DNA of 32,000 nucleotides from Nostoc punctiforme PCC 73102 (GCF_000020025.1 NC_010628.1:4920001-4952000), one strand, 5' to 3'; shown: positions 8,863 through 19,100, counted from the stretch's first letter. Notes: generated by a model not told the origin, from the letters alone. Numbers and translations: made by a program.

Positions 8863-9471
8863 TTATTTTTTTGGGGATGAGGAAGATGAAGTACCACCTT
8901 CTCTGGGATAGGGAGAATCAACAAAACCCAACTCAAACAACTGTTTATAGGCTTTCTTGCCTAAATCTCGTGTCGGGTTTTGACTCTTAATTATTTGAAC
9001 CAACAACGGCACAGCTAATTCTGGCTGATTTTGTGCGCGATGTACCAATGCTAGCTGAAAGGTGGCTTCATCCCGCTTTTGGGCTGTTAATAGAGCTTTT
9101 TGACGCTGAGAATCAGAAACTCTGTTGTCAATTCCCGAAAAGCTAGAATTTAACTCTTGATAAAAATTAGATAGCTGATTATAAACCTGACGTGCCTCTT
9201 GTAGCTTCTTAGCAGCTAAAGTGTAGTTTTGAGCAGAAACAGCTTGTTCTGCATCTTTTACTAAGCGATCGCCACCTTCAATGCTCAAAAGGCTGTTACT
9301 TTGGGTTATGGGGCGCAGATTATTGGGATCGTTGGGGTCAATGGGTTGTGGTTGGCTGGTAGTGCCTGGTGACTGTGATACCTGAGCATTCACAGGTGAT
9401 AGCAGGCTGAGGACTGCTATGACTGATAAAAGGGTACGGTGCATCAAGGTAACAGCGGCAGCAGTGTTCAT
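8863..9471 (-). CDS. Secreted hypothetical protein (signal peptide, helical/TPR-like body, Ser-rich tail)
   Basis: The ORF track gives 8863..9507. The signal-peptide-like segment MHRTLLSVIAVLSLLSPVNAQ suggests a start at ATG 9471 or 9444. No known family was recognised. Confidence 0.55.
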   Translation of the reverse strand: MNTAAAVTLMHRTLLSVIAVLSLLSPVNAQVSQSPGTTSQPQPIDPNDPNNLRPITQSNSLLSIEGGDRLVKDAEQAVSAQNYTLAAKKLQEARQVYNQLSNFYQELNSSFSGIDNRVSDSQRQKALLTAQKRDEATFQLALVHRAQNQPELAVPLLVQIIKSQNPTRDLGKKAYKQLFELGFVDSPYPREGGTSSSSSPKK

Positions 9472-10044
9472 GGGATCAATTAGTGCGACAACTATATAAA
9501 AAGTCATGGAAACTTCGGGTATCTTAACTCTGTTTTGGTTTTGGACAAAGCAAAGTTACATCCTAAGTATCTCTGATTTAGGACTGAAAATCGCTTTAAT
9601 AGAGTTCCCATTGCTCTTGTATAGTAACTAACTTAAATCCTCGTGATGAGCGATACTACGGTGGACTGAATTAACACGTTAATTATTCTGATTTTCCAAT
9701 TATCGGTTTACTCGCAACCACCTTGTAACTATCTAACTGAAGTAGCAAAAATGTTTCTTCTGGAGCAATTCAGTAGTTTGCAGACAATTATTAGCTATTT
9801 ACTCAAAAAATGCCAATTTGGCTAAATATCCTGTCAATAGGGAGTAATCTATATGGAGTAATCTATATATGTATACATCCTCAAAGCTTGCAAAATAGCA
9901 CTAAATCTTTAGTGACTTAATTCAGGATGGATATAGCTAGTTAGCAATTACTGTCAAACATTGAAAACTTGCAGTTTCTTAATCATGCACAGTAAGTGGT
10001 CAGTAGTTAAAAGCCAGTCTTAGGACTTTTGCCCTTTGACAAGA

Positions 10045-10803
10045 TCAAGAATTAGTAATTTCTGCAAATGCGTGATTAGTAATTTTTGTTTCTTGATGAC
10101 TTAATTGTTGCAGTGCCTTTCCTAAATCAGTTGTGATGCTTTTAGCATCGTGTTTTATACAACCACTCATGTAATCCGCTACTCTGATTGGGGAGCCAAT
10201 GTCAATACTGACATCTGTACCCCAATTTGGATACGGTTGGCTGTAATTAATGCCTATAGGTATAATTTTAACTCCCAGCCCAGAATGACTAGATTCAGCA
10301 CTCAAAGCAAGACGAGCAATTCCCGGCTTCAACTGGTGAACTTGCGCATCACGAAAAATATTACCTTCTGGAAAGATGACCAGGGTTTTTTTCTGCTGAA
10401 GTAGCTCAACTCCATGTCGCAGTGTGCGGATTGATGGATGCTTAGAATTTACAGGAAACCCCCCCAAACGTTTGACAAACCAGCCTTGTAAACCTTGGCA
10501 TTCGTCAATAGTCACCATAAACCGCAGGTCTTGTTCTCTGCGACAATCAGCAGTCGCGTAGGGTACGAGTAATGCATCCCAACGCGCCCGATGAGTAGGC
10601 GCGAGGATAATAGGCCCAGTTGTAGGGATATTTTTTTGTCCGGTTATTCTAATTTGCCCAAAGAATAATGGTAATAGGCAGTGACGGCCTAATAAATATG
10701 CCAGAGGACTCAACCAAGGAGAAACCCTTGAGGTAGTACCAGCTACCTGATGATTTGCTGGTGGGCGCTGGCAGGGATCGGATGAAGAGTAAAATTCCAT
10801 CAT
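10045..10803 (-). CDS. 1-acyl-sn-glycerol-3-phosphate acyltransferase family (PlsC-like)
   Basis: This is a 252-aa ORF. It has the HX4D acyltransferase motif (HRARWD) and the FPEGNIF block. Confidence 0.85.
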   Translation of the reverse strand: MMEFYSSSDPCQRPPANHQVAGTTSRVSPWLSPLAYLLGRHCLLPLFFGQIRITGQKNIPTTGPIILAPTHRARWDALLVPYATADCRREQDLRFMVTIDECQGLQGWFVKRLGGFPVNSKHPSIRTLRHGVELLQQKKTLVIFPEGNIFRDAQVHQLKPGIARLALSAESSHSGLGVKIIPIGINYSQPYPNWGTDVSIDIGSPIRVADYMSGCIKHDAKSITTDLGKALQQLSHQETKITNHAFAEITNS

Positions 10804-10916
10804 GAAGGATGCAGCTGATTGACTGGTAAAAATTTAACGAAAAGCCTGATTAATTACACCGTAGATTCTCTTGCGTGAGTTGTGTCGTACTAGATGGACA
10901 GTTTTACCTCTGTCCG

Positions 10917-11402
10917 TTAGTTTACTCTACGCCGTCTAGTTGCAAACCAAGCCTGTAATTGCTCACGACAAGCTGACTCTAGAATGCCTCCAATGACTTG
11001 GAGACCGTGATTAGAAGCAGCACTATCGGGTATGTTAATAACTGTACGAATTGCGCCAGTTTTTGTATCGTCTACTCCATATACAAGTTGTCCGACACGC
11101 GCTTGCAAAATAGCACCTGCACACATCGGACACGGTTCAAGAGTTACGTAGAGGGTACATTCATTAAGATGCCAATTTTGTAAAGTTGTTGCAGCTGTCT
11201 TGAGAGCAAGAATTTCCGCATGAGCAGTAGGGTCTTTGTCGCGTTCTTTTCTGTTTTCTCCTTGTGCCAGCAATTTGCCTGTTGAATCAATGATAACAGC
11301 ACCTACAGGGACTTCACCTGCATCACCTGCTACTTTTGCTAATTCTAGGGCACAACTCATCCATTCTTGATGTATAAGATATTCTGTGTACTTAGTTAGC
11401 AT
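10917..11402 (-). CDS. tadA: tRNA adenosine(34) deaminase
   Basis: This is a 161-aa ORF with the cytidine/deoxycytidylate deaminase zinc motifs HAE and PCPMCAGA. Its size is typical of TadA. Confidence 0.9.
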   Translation of the reverse strand: MLTKYTEYLIHQEWMSCALELAKVAGDAGEVPVGAVIIDSTGKLLAQGENRKERDKDPTAHAEILALKTAATTLQNWHLNECTLYVTLEPCPMCAGAILQARVGQLVYGVDDTKTGAIRTVINIPDSAASNHGLQVIGGILESACREQLQAWFATRRRRVN

Positions 11403-11498
11403 CTTCTTATCAATATAAAAATTTTAAAAATATGCTTGCTTTTAGACAGGCTATACACCATCCTACAAAAAAGAAAAAGCATATAACCCGCAGACTAT

Positions 11499-11600
11499 AG
11501 GAACTTCCAAAAAATAAATTATCCAAAATTATTTGCACATTTTTGGGGCGTACAGCTAGCTGTGCGCCCCAGAGGTGGGATGTTTTTTTACTGGAAATCT
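11499..11600. repeat. MITE-like dispersed repeat, copy 1 (un-nested form of the element at 29348-29536)
   Basis: It shares CAAAAAATAAATTATCCNAAATTATTTG, a GC hairpin (GGGGCGTACAGCTAGCTGTGCGCCCC) and TTTTTTTACTGGAA with the copy at 29348-29536. Confidence 0.75.
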
Positions 11601-11647
11601 GAGGCTAAACAATTTAGCAGTCTAAGCGTTGGAGATTAATTTGATTT

Positions 11648-11962
11648 CTAAATAGCGGCTTGGGCTAAAAGGGGATCGAGTTGGCTTTGTGTGTCTAGCT
11701 GATAGAGGTCATCGCAGCCACCAATGTGCTGGTTATTAATAAAAATTTGCGGTACGGTACGTCGACCATTAGCGCGTTCTGCCATTTTAGCTCTGGCTCC
11801 TTCATCACCGTCGATTTTATATTCGGTAAAATTTACACCTTTCCACCACAGCAGTATTTTGGCACGAATGCAGTAAGGACAAGTTTGCCACGTGTAAAGC
11901 TCGACGTTGGCTTTGACTCGCTCTGGATGGCGATTTAATAGGGGATTAAGAAAGTCCAGCAT
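11648..11962 (-). CDS. grxC: Dithiol glutaredoxin (Grx3-type, CPYC)
   Basis: This is a 104-aa ORF with the CPYC active site, TVPQIFI and GGCDD motifs. Confidence 0.9.
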   Translation of the reverse strand: MLDFLNPLLNRHPERVKANVELYTWQTCPYCIRAKILLWWKGVNFTEYKIDGDEGARAKMAERANGRRTVPQIFINNQHIGGCDDLYQLDTQSQLDPLLAQAAI

Positions 11963-12009
11963 ATTTTCTTAAGCAAGATTTTAACTATGTCTCTAGCCTA
12001 GATCATTGC

Positions 12010-12582
12010 TTACCGCATCGGCGCTGGAACCCACTTTTGAAAACCCTCTAAATGATTCCAGTAAGCCAAATATCCAGTCAATGCCCAAATTAGAGCGGCT
12101 ACTATTAGCACTGCTACGCCAATTAGCCGCCAGGTTCGGTTGGTTTTCCAATAGAGGGTTGGCGCTGCAAAAATACCACCTAATCCAGTTAAAATAAAGC
12201 CGATTCCCGATAAAATCGGTTGCTTTGTCATATTCAAGTTGATGATGCGGATACCCACTACGATCGCAACTAGGCCGGCAAAGAAGCCGTAAATTGCTAT
12301 TGTCAATAAATCCCAACCTTGAGCAAGAGAAACCGCAGCTGCAACAAACAAGATTCCAAATAAGACACTTGTCTCACCGAAAGCAATGTTAAAGCTACCA
12401 ATAACGAGCCAAGTGAAACTCATGTGTAAACCAGTTGTGAGTGCGATCGCACCCGTAATTCCAAAACCGGGAATCCACTGTCTCTGATTAGAACTATCTA
12501 TACCACGATACACATAGTCAGCCAGTAGAAATAGCCCAGCTACCATATTGATCAACATGAGTGTAATGTAGTCGATAAACAC
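12010..12582 (-). CDS. Polytopic membrane protein (DUF981-like)
   Basis: This is a 190-aa ORF with a GTG start and about six hydrophobic helices. The family assignment is from memory. The overlapping ORFs 11993..12316 (-) and 12006..12197 (+) were rejected. Confidence 0.6.
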   Translation of the reverse strand: MFIDYITLMLINMVAGLFLLADYVYRGIDSSNQRQWIPGFGITGAIALTTGLHMSFTWLVIGSFNIAFGETSVLFGILFVAAAVSLAQGWDLLTIAIYGFFAGLVAIVVGIRIINLNMTKQPILSGIGFILTGLGGIFAAPTLYWKTNRTWRLIGVAVLIVAALIWALTGYLAYWNHLEGFQKWVPAPMR

Positions 12583-12939
12583 TATTGACCTCTCAATTTG
12601 ACAAGCTATTTACTCTGCGCTTCGTTTTTAAATCAATTTTTAGTGAATTTACTAACTTTTTTCTTTATTATTTTATACCTGAATATAAACACTGAAGAAC
12701 AGCAATATTCTAAATATTTACTGCTAAACATTTGTGCAGTTTTTAACTTAGTTACTTTTAAACAGGTTTTATACTGGAGTTGGATGAGTGAAAAATAAGG
12801 ATGTGCTAGATGGTACTTTTCTAACCAGTTAGCAGTAAAACTTAACTTTCTTCCACGTGTATCCGCCCTTTGGTAGACTTGAAGACTGAAATAGCCAGAT
12901 AAAGCGGCGGAAATTCAAGCAGTTGAGAGGGCAGACTCT

Positions 12940-13977
12940 GTGGAAAATACACTTGGGTTAGAGATTATTGAAGTAGTAGAGCAAGCCGCGATCGCATCCG
13001 CAAAGTGGATGGGTAAAGGCGAAAAAAACATCGCTGACCAAGTAGCTGTGGAAGCTATGCGGGAGCGGATGAATAAAATCTATATGCGCGGTCGCATTGT
13101 GATTGGAGAAGGCGAACGTGACGATGCGCCTATGTTATACATCGGGGAAGAAGTTGGTATTTGTACTCAACCAAATGCCGAAGCTCTCTGTAACCCTGAT
13201 GAATTAATTGAAATTGATATCGCCGTTGACCCCTGTGAAGGTACGAACTTGGTAGCTTATGGGCAACCTGGTTCGATGGCTGTCTTGGCAATTTCTGAAA
13301 AGGGTGGATTATTTGCTGCTCCTGACTTTTACATGAAGAAGTTAGCAGCACCTCCCGCAGCTAAGGGCAAGGTAGACATCAACAAGTCAGCAACAGAAAA
13401 CCTCAAGATTCTCTCTGAGTGTCTAGAGCGCTCTATTGAAGAACTCGTAATCGTGGTCATGAAGCGCGAACGCCACAACGATTTAATTAAAGAAATCCGT
13501 GAGGCTGGAGCGAGAGTCGCCCTAATTTCAGATGGTGACGTAGGTGCAGCTATAAGCTGCGGTTTTGCTGGAACTAATATCCACGCGTTGATGGGTATTG
13601 GTGCGGCTCCTGAAGGCGTAATCTCGGCAGCAGCAATGCGTGCTTTGGGTGGACACTTCCAAGGTCAACTGATTTACGATCCAGCAATAGTAAAAACGGG
13701 TCTGATTGGAGAAAGCAGAGAAGCCAACATCGATCGCTTAAAGTCTATGAATATCAATGACCCTGATAAGGTCTATGATGCTCATGAATTGGCATCTGGT
13801 GAAACTGTTCTGTTCGCTGCTAGCGGCATTACGAGTGGTAATCTGATGAATGGTGTACGTTTCTTCAACGGCGGAGCTAGAACTCAAAGCTTGGTAATTT
13901 CCAACCAGTCGAAAACTGCTCGATTTGTTGACACAATTCACATGTTTGGTGAACCCAAGACTCTCCAACTGAACTAA
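12940..13977 (+). CDS. glpX: Class II fructose-1,6-/sedoheptulose-1,7-bisphosphatase (GlpX type)
   Basis: This is a 345-aa ORF with a GTG start. The N-terminus [23 protein letters not shown] and the DPCEGT motif are typical of cyanobacterial F/SBPase. Confidence 0.92.
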   Translation: MENTLGLEIIEVVEQAAIASAKWMGKGEKNIADQVAVEAMRERMNKIYMRGRIVIGEGERDDAPMLYIGEEVGICTQPNAEALCNPDELIEIDIAVDPCEGTNLVAYGQPGSMAVLAISEKGGLFAAPDFYMKKLAAPPAAKGKVDINKSATENLKILSECLERSIEELVIVVMKRERHNDLIKEIREAGARVALISDGDVGAAISCGFAGTNIHALMGIGAAPEGVISAAAMRALGGHFQGQLIYDPAIVKTGLIGESREANIDRLKSMNINDPDKVYDAHELASGETVLFAASGITSGNLMNGVRFFNGGARTQSLVISNQSKTARFVDTIHMFGEPKTLQLN

Positions 13978-14078
13978 TTTTTAGGGAATGGGGAATGGTA
14001 AAAGTAGGGACGAAGCATTTGGAAGGAAATCTTTCTCTAAAACGCAAAGTATAGTCATCCAAATGCTTTACCCTTACA

Positions 14079-14113
14079 GTAGTTAGTAGTTAGTAGTTAG
14101 TGATTAATAGTTG
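14079..14113. repeat. Heptamer tandem repeat AGTAGTT-type x5 (STRR-type)
   Basis: The sequence reads directly as agtagtt agtagtt agtagtt agtgatt aatagtt. Confidence 0.85.
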
Positions 14114-14218
14114 TTTGTTGCTGGGAATAACTACCAACCAATAAACAAAAATTCCCCATTCCCTATTCTCACTCAATGCCCTATTCTCAACTACCAACTA
14201 GTAACTACGATTTAGCAA

Positions 14219-15505
14219 ATGAATATAGCAGTGGTGGGGTTAAGCCATAAAACAGCCCCTGTAGAAGTCCGGGAAAAACTGAGCATTCCAGAACCACAAA
14301 TTGAAAGTGCGATCGCTCAACTGGCCAGCTATCCTCATATTGATGAAGTTGCAATTCTTAGCACTTGTAATCGCCTGGAAATCTACATTGTTACCAGTGA
14401 AGCAGACCAAGGTATCCGAGAGATAACTCAGTTTCTTGCAGAATATAGTAAGTTACCCGTGCTTTCTCTGCGACAGCACCTATTTATGCTGCTACATGAT
14501 GATGCAGTGATGCACGTCATGCGGGTAGCAGGTGGTTTAGATAGTCTGGTACTCGGAGAAGGTCAAATTCTGGCTCAGGTGAAGACTACTCACAAACTGG
14601 GGCAGCAATATAACGGTATAAAAACCATTTTGAATCGATTATTTAAACAAGCGCTGACAGCTGGTAAGCGGGTTCGCACTGAAACTAGTATTGGTACTGG
14701 TGCTGTCTCTATCAGTTCGGCAGCTGTAGAGTTAGCGCAGATAAAAGTGGCAAATTTAGCAGCTTGCCGAGTGGTAATTTTAGGCGCTGGTAAAATGTCG
14801 CGGCTGCTGGTGCAACACCTAATTTCTAAAGGTGCTGTAGAAATTAGTATTGTAAACCGCTCTCGCGATCGCGCCCAAGAATTAGCAAAGCTGTTCCCTC
14901 AACAACCGATCAAAATTCATCCACTCTCGGAAATGATGAGCGTAATTGCCGATAGCGATCTAGTATTTACAAGTACTTCAGCAACAGAGCCAATACTTGA
15001 CCGGGTCAAATTAGAAATGGTTTTAGAAGTTCAGCGCTCTTTAATGTTATTTGATATTTCTGTGCCGCGTAATGTTCATGCGGATGTAAATGAATTGGAA
15101 AACGTGCAAGCGTTTAATGTGGATGATTTGAAGGCAGTAGTAGCGCAAAACTACGAAAGCCGTCGCAAGATTGCACAGGAAGCTGAGAAACTTTTAGAAG
15201 AAGAAGTGGAAGCCTTTGATATTTGGTGGCGCAGTTTAGAAACTGTTACCACTATTAGCTGTCTGCGAAATAAAGTCGAAACCATCCGCGAACAAGAGTT
15301 AGAAAAAGCTTTGTCGAGATTGGGTTCGGAATTTGCAGAAAAACATCAAGAGGTGATTGAAGCATTAACACGGGGAATTGTCAATAAAATTTTACATGAC
15401 CCGATGGTACAGTTGCGATCGCAGCAGGATGTGGAAGCTAGAAGGCGCTGTATGCAAACTCTGCAAATGCTTTTCAACCTCGATGCCGAGGAACAGTTTA
15501 GTTAA
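14219..15505 (+). CDS. hemA: Glutamyl-tRNA reductase
   Basis: This is a 428-aa ORF. It has [36 protein letters not shown] and the NAD(P) motif GAGKM. Confidence 0.93.
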
Positions 15506-15513
15506 ATTAAGCA

Positions 15514-15547
15514 AGAACCCCGACTTGTGGTGAGAAGTTGGGGTTCT
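15514..15547 (+). terminator. Hairpin after hemA (no T-run)
   Basis: AGAACCCCGACTT (15514-15526) pairs with AAGTTGGGGTTCT (15535-15547) with one G-U pair. It starts 9 nt after the hemA stop. No U-tract follows, so terminator function is an inference. Confidence 0.45.
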
Positions 15548-15573
15548 AAGCGAATCGATTTGAAATTAGATAT

Positions 15574-15605
15574 ACTTCTAATTAGATAGATGTCTAATTA
15601 GAAGT
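15574..15605. promoter_or_regulatory. Perfect 12-8-12 inverted repeat ACTTCTAATTAG-N8-CTAATTAGAAGT, candidate operator of the downstream ArsR-family gene
   Basis: The repeat was read directly and ends 5 nt before the ATG at 15611. ArsR/SmtB repressors typically autoregulate through inverted repeats that overlap their own promoter or 5' region. Confidence 0.5.
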
Positions 15606-15610
15606 TAGTT

Positions 15611-16195
15611 ATGGAATCAGAGCAATTTAACATCTTACTCCGCTTTTTCAAGGCATTAGCGGATGATAGCCGTTTGAAAATTGTAGGTATCCTGGCGAAT
15701 CAGGAGTGCAGCGTCGAAGAATTGGCGGTGCTACTGCAACTCAAAGAACCGACAGTATCTCATCATTTAGCGAAATTGAAAGAGCTAAATTTGGTGACAA
15801 TGCGTCCTGAAGGCAATAGCCGTCTATATCAATTGGATAGCGAGGCTTTACAAAGCATTAGCAAGGAAATTTTTACACCTGAGAAGATAGCATCCTTGAT
15901 AGAGGATGTGGATACTGAAGCTTGGGAAAGCAAAGTGTTGAAAAACTATTTCGAGGGCGATGTCTCCGACAAGCACTCCGTGCAACGCCTCAAAGAAATT
16001 CCTGCTAGTCGGAAAAAGCGTTTAGTTATTCTTAAGTGGTTAGCAAACCAGTTTGATGTAGGAGTCAACTACCCTGAACGCCTAGTAAATGATATTCTCA
16101 AACGCTACCATATTGACTGCGCTACCCTGCGACGAGAGTTAATTGCTTGCCAGTTAATGCAGCGAGAAAATGGGATTTATTGGCGTACAACATAG
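15611..16195 (+). CDS. ArsR/SmtB-family transcriptional regulator with a C-terminal DUF2087-like domain
   Basis: This is a 194-aa ORF. The HTH segment LADDSRLKIVGILANQECSVEELAVLLQLKEPTVSHHLAKLKELNLV is present. The C-terminal segment NYPERLVNDILKRYHIDCATLRRELIACQLMQRENGIYWR resembles DUF2087. Confidence 0.85.
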   Translation: MESEQFNILLRFFKALADDSRLKIVGILANQECSVEELAVLLQLKEPTVSHHLAKLKELNLVTMRPEGNSRLYQLDSEALQSISKEIFTPEKIASLIEDVDTEAWESKVLKNYFEGDVSDKHSVQRLKEIPASRKKRLVILKWLANQFDVGVNYPERLVNDILKRYHIDCATLRRELIACQLMQRENGIYWRTT

Positions 16196-16238
16196 ATGTG
16201 AAAGATGAGCAAACCGCACAATCATAGGTTGTATTTTT

Positions 16239-16829
16239 ATGCAATTAGAAACACAAAAATTATATTACACACCTGAAGAGTATTTAGAAATTGAAGAAAA
16301 GGCAGAATATAAAAGCGAATACCGTGATGGAGAAATTGTCCCGATGACGGGTGGTACTACAAATCATAATAAAATCGCTTTGAATTTAGCTGCATCCTTA
16401 AAAATTGCTTTAAGGCGTAAAAATTATGATGTCTATATTGGTGATGTGCGTTTGTGGATACCCCGTTATCGGCAGCATACATATCCCGATGTAATGGTAA
16501 TTGAGGGACAACCTATTTATACAGGAACCAGCACAACAACGGTTATGAACCCGGTGTTAATTGCTGAAGTTTTATCTAAATCGACTAAAAATTATGACCA
16601 AGGCGATAAATTTCTTTATTATCGCTCTATTCCAGAATTCAAGGAATATATTTTAATTGACCAATCTCAGTATCACGTAATGCATTATGTAAAAACTGCG
16701 GAAAGTCAATGGTCATTCACTGAACTTGAACATGAATCTGCAATTTTATCACTGCAAACTGTTGATTTTAAAATTGAATTGCGCGACCTTTATGAGCAAG
16801 TCAATTTTGCAGAAAATAACGAAGATTGA
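16239..16829 (+). CDS. Uma2-family (DUF820) putative endonuclease
   Basis: This is a 196-aa ORF. YTPEEYLEIEEKAEYKSEYRDGEIVPMTGGTTNHNKI, YPDVMV and KFLYYRSIPEFKEYILIDQ form the typical Uma2 pattern, a family that is abundant in cyanobacteria. Confidence 0.8.
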   Translation: MQLETQKLYYTPEEYLEIEEKAEYKSEYRDGEIVPMTGGTTNHNKIALNLAASLKIALRRKNYDVYIGDVRLWIPRYRQHTYPDVMVIEGQPIYTGTSTTTVMNPVLIAEVLSKSTKNYDQGDKFLYYRSIPEFKEYILIDQSQYHVMHYVKTAESQWSFTELEHESAILSLQTVDFKIELRDLYEQVNFAENNED

Positions 16830-16884
16830 AGAAAAATTCAAAAGTCATAATCAATGAGTAAGAGACTCAGGGAAATTCCTAAGC

Positions 16885-16985
16885 AATAAATATATTACAT
16901 AAATAGAAGGCCAATTACACTCTCTTATCCCAAATAAGCTTCTAAAAGTTTTGGATTAGTTTGAATTTCTGCGGTTGTACTCATT
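16885..16985 (-). pseudogene. Duplicated relic of the natA 3' end plus its downstream flank
   Basis: About 100 bp here are similar to 17141-17240. On the minus strand the relic reads MSTTAEIQTNPKLLEAYLG*, compared with the natA C-terminus ..TPAEIQTNPKVLEAYLGK*. Confidence 0.7.
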
Positions 16986-17178
16986 CACTAAATTTGTCTT
17001 TCTTCCTCGGTAAAGATAGGAGGCCACAATTCAGTAACGGGCAAATAATATTTACTTCAATCTAAACACCATTAATAGTGTTCCTTTTGACTTTGGATAA
17101 ATAAAAGTACACGAATACTGTGATTTGTCCAAAGTCAAATCAATAAATACATTGCATAAACAGAAAGCTAATCACACT

Positions 17179-17961
17179 CTATTTTCCCAAATAAGCTTCT
17201 AGAACCTTGGGATTAGTTTGAATCTCCGCTGGTGTACCGTCAGCCAAATTCTGCCCTTCGGCAAGCACCCAAACACGATCGCATAAGGACATAATCACAT
17301 CCATATTGTGTTCGATAATCAAAAAGGTCATTCCGTCTTGGCGATTCCAAGTGATAATACGATCGCAAATATCATCAATCAGTTTCGGATTCACCCCAGC
17401 AGCTGGTTCATCCAACAAAATTAACTTGGGATTAGTCATTAACGCCCGTCCCATTTCCAGCAGCTTGCGTTGTCCACCAGACAAGCAACCAGCATAATCG
17501 TGTGCTTTTTTTGCCAAACCCACTGATTCTAATAGGAACATTGCTCGCTCTTGGAGTTGCTTTTCTTCCTTAGCTACAAGGTGCGGTTGCAACTGTACCT
17601 GCCAAAAATTTTCACCCGTTTGTTTTTGCGCCGCCAGCAGCATATTTTCTAACACCGACAACCGAGAGAGAGTCCGCGCAACCTGAAAAGTGCGGATTAC
17701 TCCCTGCTGGGCGATTTGGTATGGTTGTAAGTTGTGAATCGGTTCGCCGTCAAAAATTACTCGTCCCTTATCTGGACGAATGAAGTTTGAGAGTAAGTTA
17801 AATAAAGTGGTTTTACCAGCACCATTGGGGCCAATCAAGCCCGTGATGCTGCCTTTAGCAACTTCGATTTTCGCCTCATTAACTGCTTTGACACCACCAA
17901 AGCTTTTAGAAAGTCCAGTGGCTACCAAAAGGGGAAGTGGCGATGAATAGTTATTTACCAA
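17179..17961 (-). CDS. natA: Branched-chain/neutral amino-acid ABC transporter ATP-binding protein (LivG-like; likely NatA of the N-I system)
   Basis: This is a 260-aa ORF with Walker A GPNGAGKTT, signature LSGGQRK and Walker B LILLDEPAAG. It overlaps the upstream permease gene by 11 nt. The symbol rests on my recollection of natC-natA synteny with pgi in Anabaena PCC 7120. Confidence 0.85.
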   Translation of the reverse strand: MVNNYSSPLPLLVATGLSKSFGGVKAVNEAKIEVAKGSITGLIGPNGAGKTTLFNLLSNFIRPDKGRVIFDGEPIHNLQPYQIAQQGVIRTFQVARTLSRLSVLENMLLAAQKQTGENFWQVQLQPHLVAKEEKQLQERAMFLLESVGLAKKAHDYAGCLSGGQRKLLEMGRALMTNPKLILLDEPAAGVNPKLIDDICDRIITWNRQDGMTFLIIEHNMDVIMSLCDRVWVLAEGQNLADGTPAEIQTNPKVLEAYLGK

Positions 17962-19084
17962 GGGTGAGTTCCTCCTTTTTCCCTAAGATACCTTGAGGTC
18001 GCCAAATCATCAGTATCATCAAAATAAGCCCGATTACCATAATGCGAAATGCACCCAAACGGGCTTCATCAAGGTGGACGATTCTAGGTAAAACTTCTCG
18101 TGTTAGCGCATCGTAAGCAAAGAAAATTACCGCACCTAAGATTGTGCCAACATTATTACCAGAACCACCTAAAATCACCATGATCCAAGTGTCAAAGGTG
18201 ATCTGCGGTTGAAAATTATCAGGGTAAATGGCGCTGAGTTGCCAAGCAAAGAAAGCACCAGCGATACCCGCGATCGCACCCCCTAAGATTAATGATTGTA
18301 ATTTATACCAAAAAACATTTTTTCCCAGCGCCTTGGGAATTTCTTCATCTTCACGGATAGCTTTGAGAATTCTACCCCAAGGCGATCGCACCAAAATTTC
18401 TAAGCGCCAGTATACAAGCGCTAAAACCAACAGCAACACCAGCATCAAACCCGCTTTTGGGTTGTAATTATACAGTCCAATTACTCCAGAAATATAAATT
18501 GCTGTTGCCAAAACTGCTAATACAATTCCCACAGCCAAGCGCGACACAAATTCTTGCTTGCTAGTTGTCCTTTTGCCTAAATCAGTAGTCCGAGATATTT
18601 GGGTAGTACGAATCCATTGCCATAACGTAAAAAAAGTTACAGCAGCTAGTAGGGTTAACAACCCAATCATTAGTAATCTGACGAACAAATTCGGCTCTGT
18701 GGATAGGGGTATGGAATAACTTTGCACACCAAACGCCCCAGAAACCCAGGTATCACCCACAGGTAAATCCTGATTATTTACCACCAAACGAATTAATTCA
18801 CCCGTACCAATGGTGACAATTCCTAAATAATCTTCCCGTAAGCGTAGAGTTGCAAAACCAATTATCAAACCCAACAAGGCGGCGACAATTGCTCCGGCCA
18901 CTGCTGATATTAATAGGGGCACGCCCTTTAAACTTAACAATACTGTTGTATACGCTCCAAGGGTCATGAAAGCAATATGACCAAAGTTAATTAACCCTGT
19001 AAAGCCCCACTGTAAATTAAGTCCCAGTCCGAATAAAGCAAAAAGTGCTGTAGAAATTGCTAAGAAAATAAGATAGTCAACCAT
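17951..19084 (-). CDS. natC: Branched-chain/neutral amino-acid ABC transporter permease (LivM-like; likely NatC)
   Basis: This is a 377-aa polytopic ORF with a LivM-like start ([25 protein letters not shown]). It is translationally coupled to the ATPase gene. Confidence 0.85.
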   Translation of the reverse strand: MVDYLIFLAISTALFALFGLGLNLQWGFTGLINFGHIAFMTLGAYTTVLLSLKGVPLLISAVAGAIVAALLGLIIGFATLRLREDYLGIVTIGTGELIRLVVNNQDLPVGDTWVSGAFGVQSYSIPLSTEPNLFVRLLMIGLLTLLAAVTFFTLWQWIRTTQISRTTDLGKRTTSKQEFVSRLAVGIVLAVLATAIYISGVIGLYNYNPKAGLMLVLLLVLALVYWRLEILVRSPWGRILKAIREDEEIPKALGKNVFWYKLQSLILGGAIAGIAGAFFAWQLSAIYPDNFQPQITFDTWIMVILGGSGNNVGTILGAVIFFAYDALTREVLPRIVHLDEARLGAFRIMVIGLILMILMIWRPQGILGKKEELTLGK

Positions 19085-19100
19085 ATTAAATAGTTATTTT

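Noticed and set aside
11993-12316. 107-aa minus-strand ORF and 63-aa plus-strand ORF overlapping the DUF981-like gene
   Set aside because: The 190-aa frame gives a coherent polytopic membrane protein. The alternatives are out-of-frame or antisense overlaps.
12598-12798. 66-aa ORF in the AT-rich region upstream of glpX
   Set aside because: It has low-complexity AT-driven codons (Phe, Leu, Asn, Ile) and no RBS. The region is a likely promoter or 5' region of glpX.
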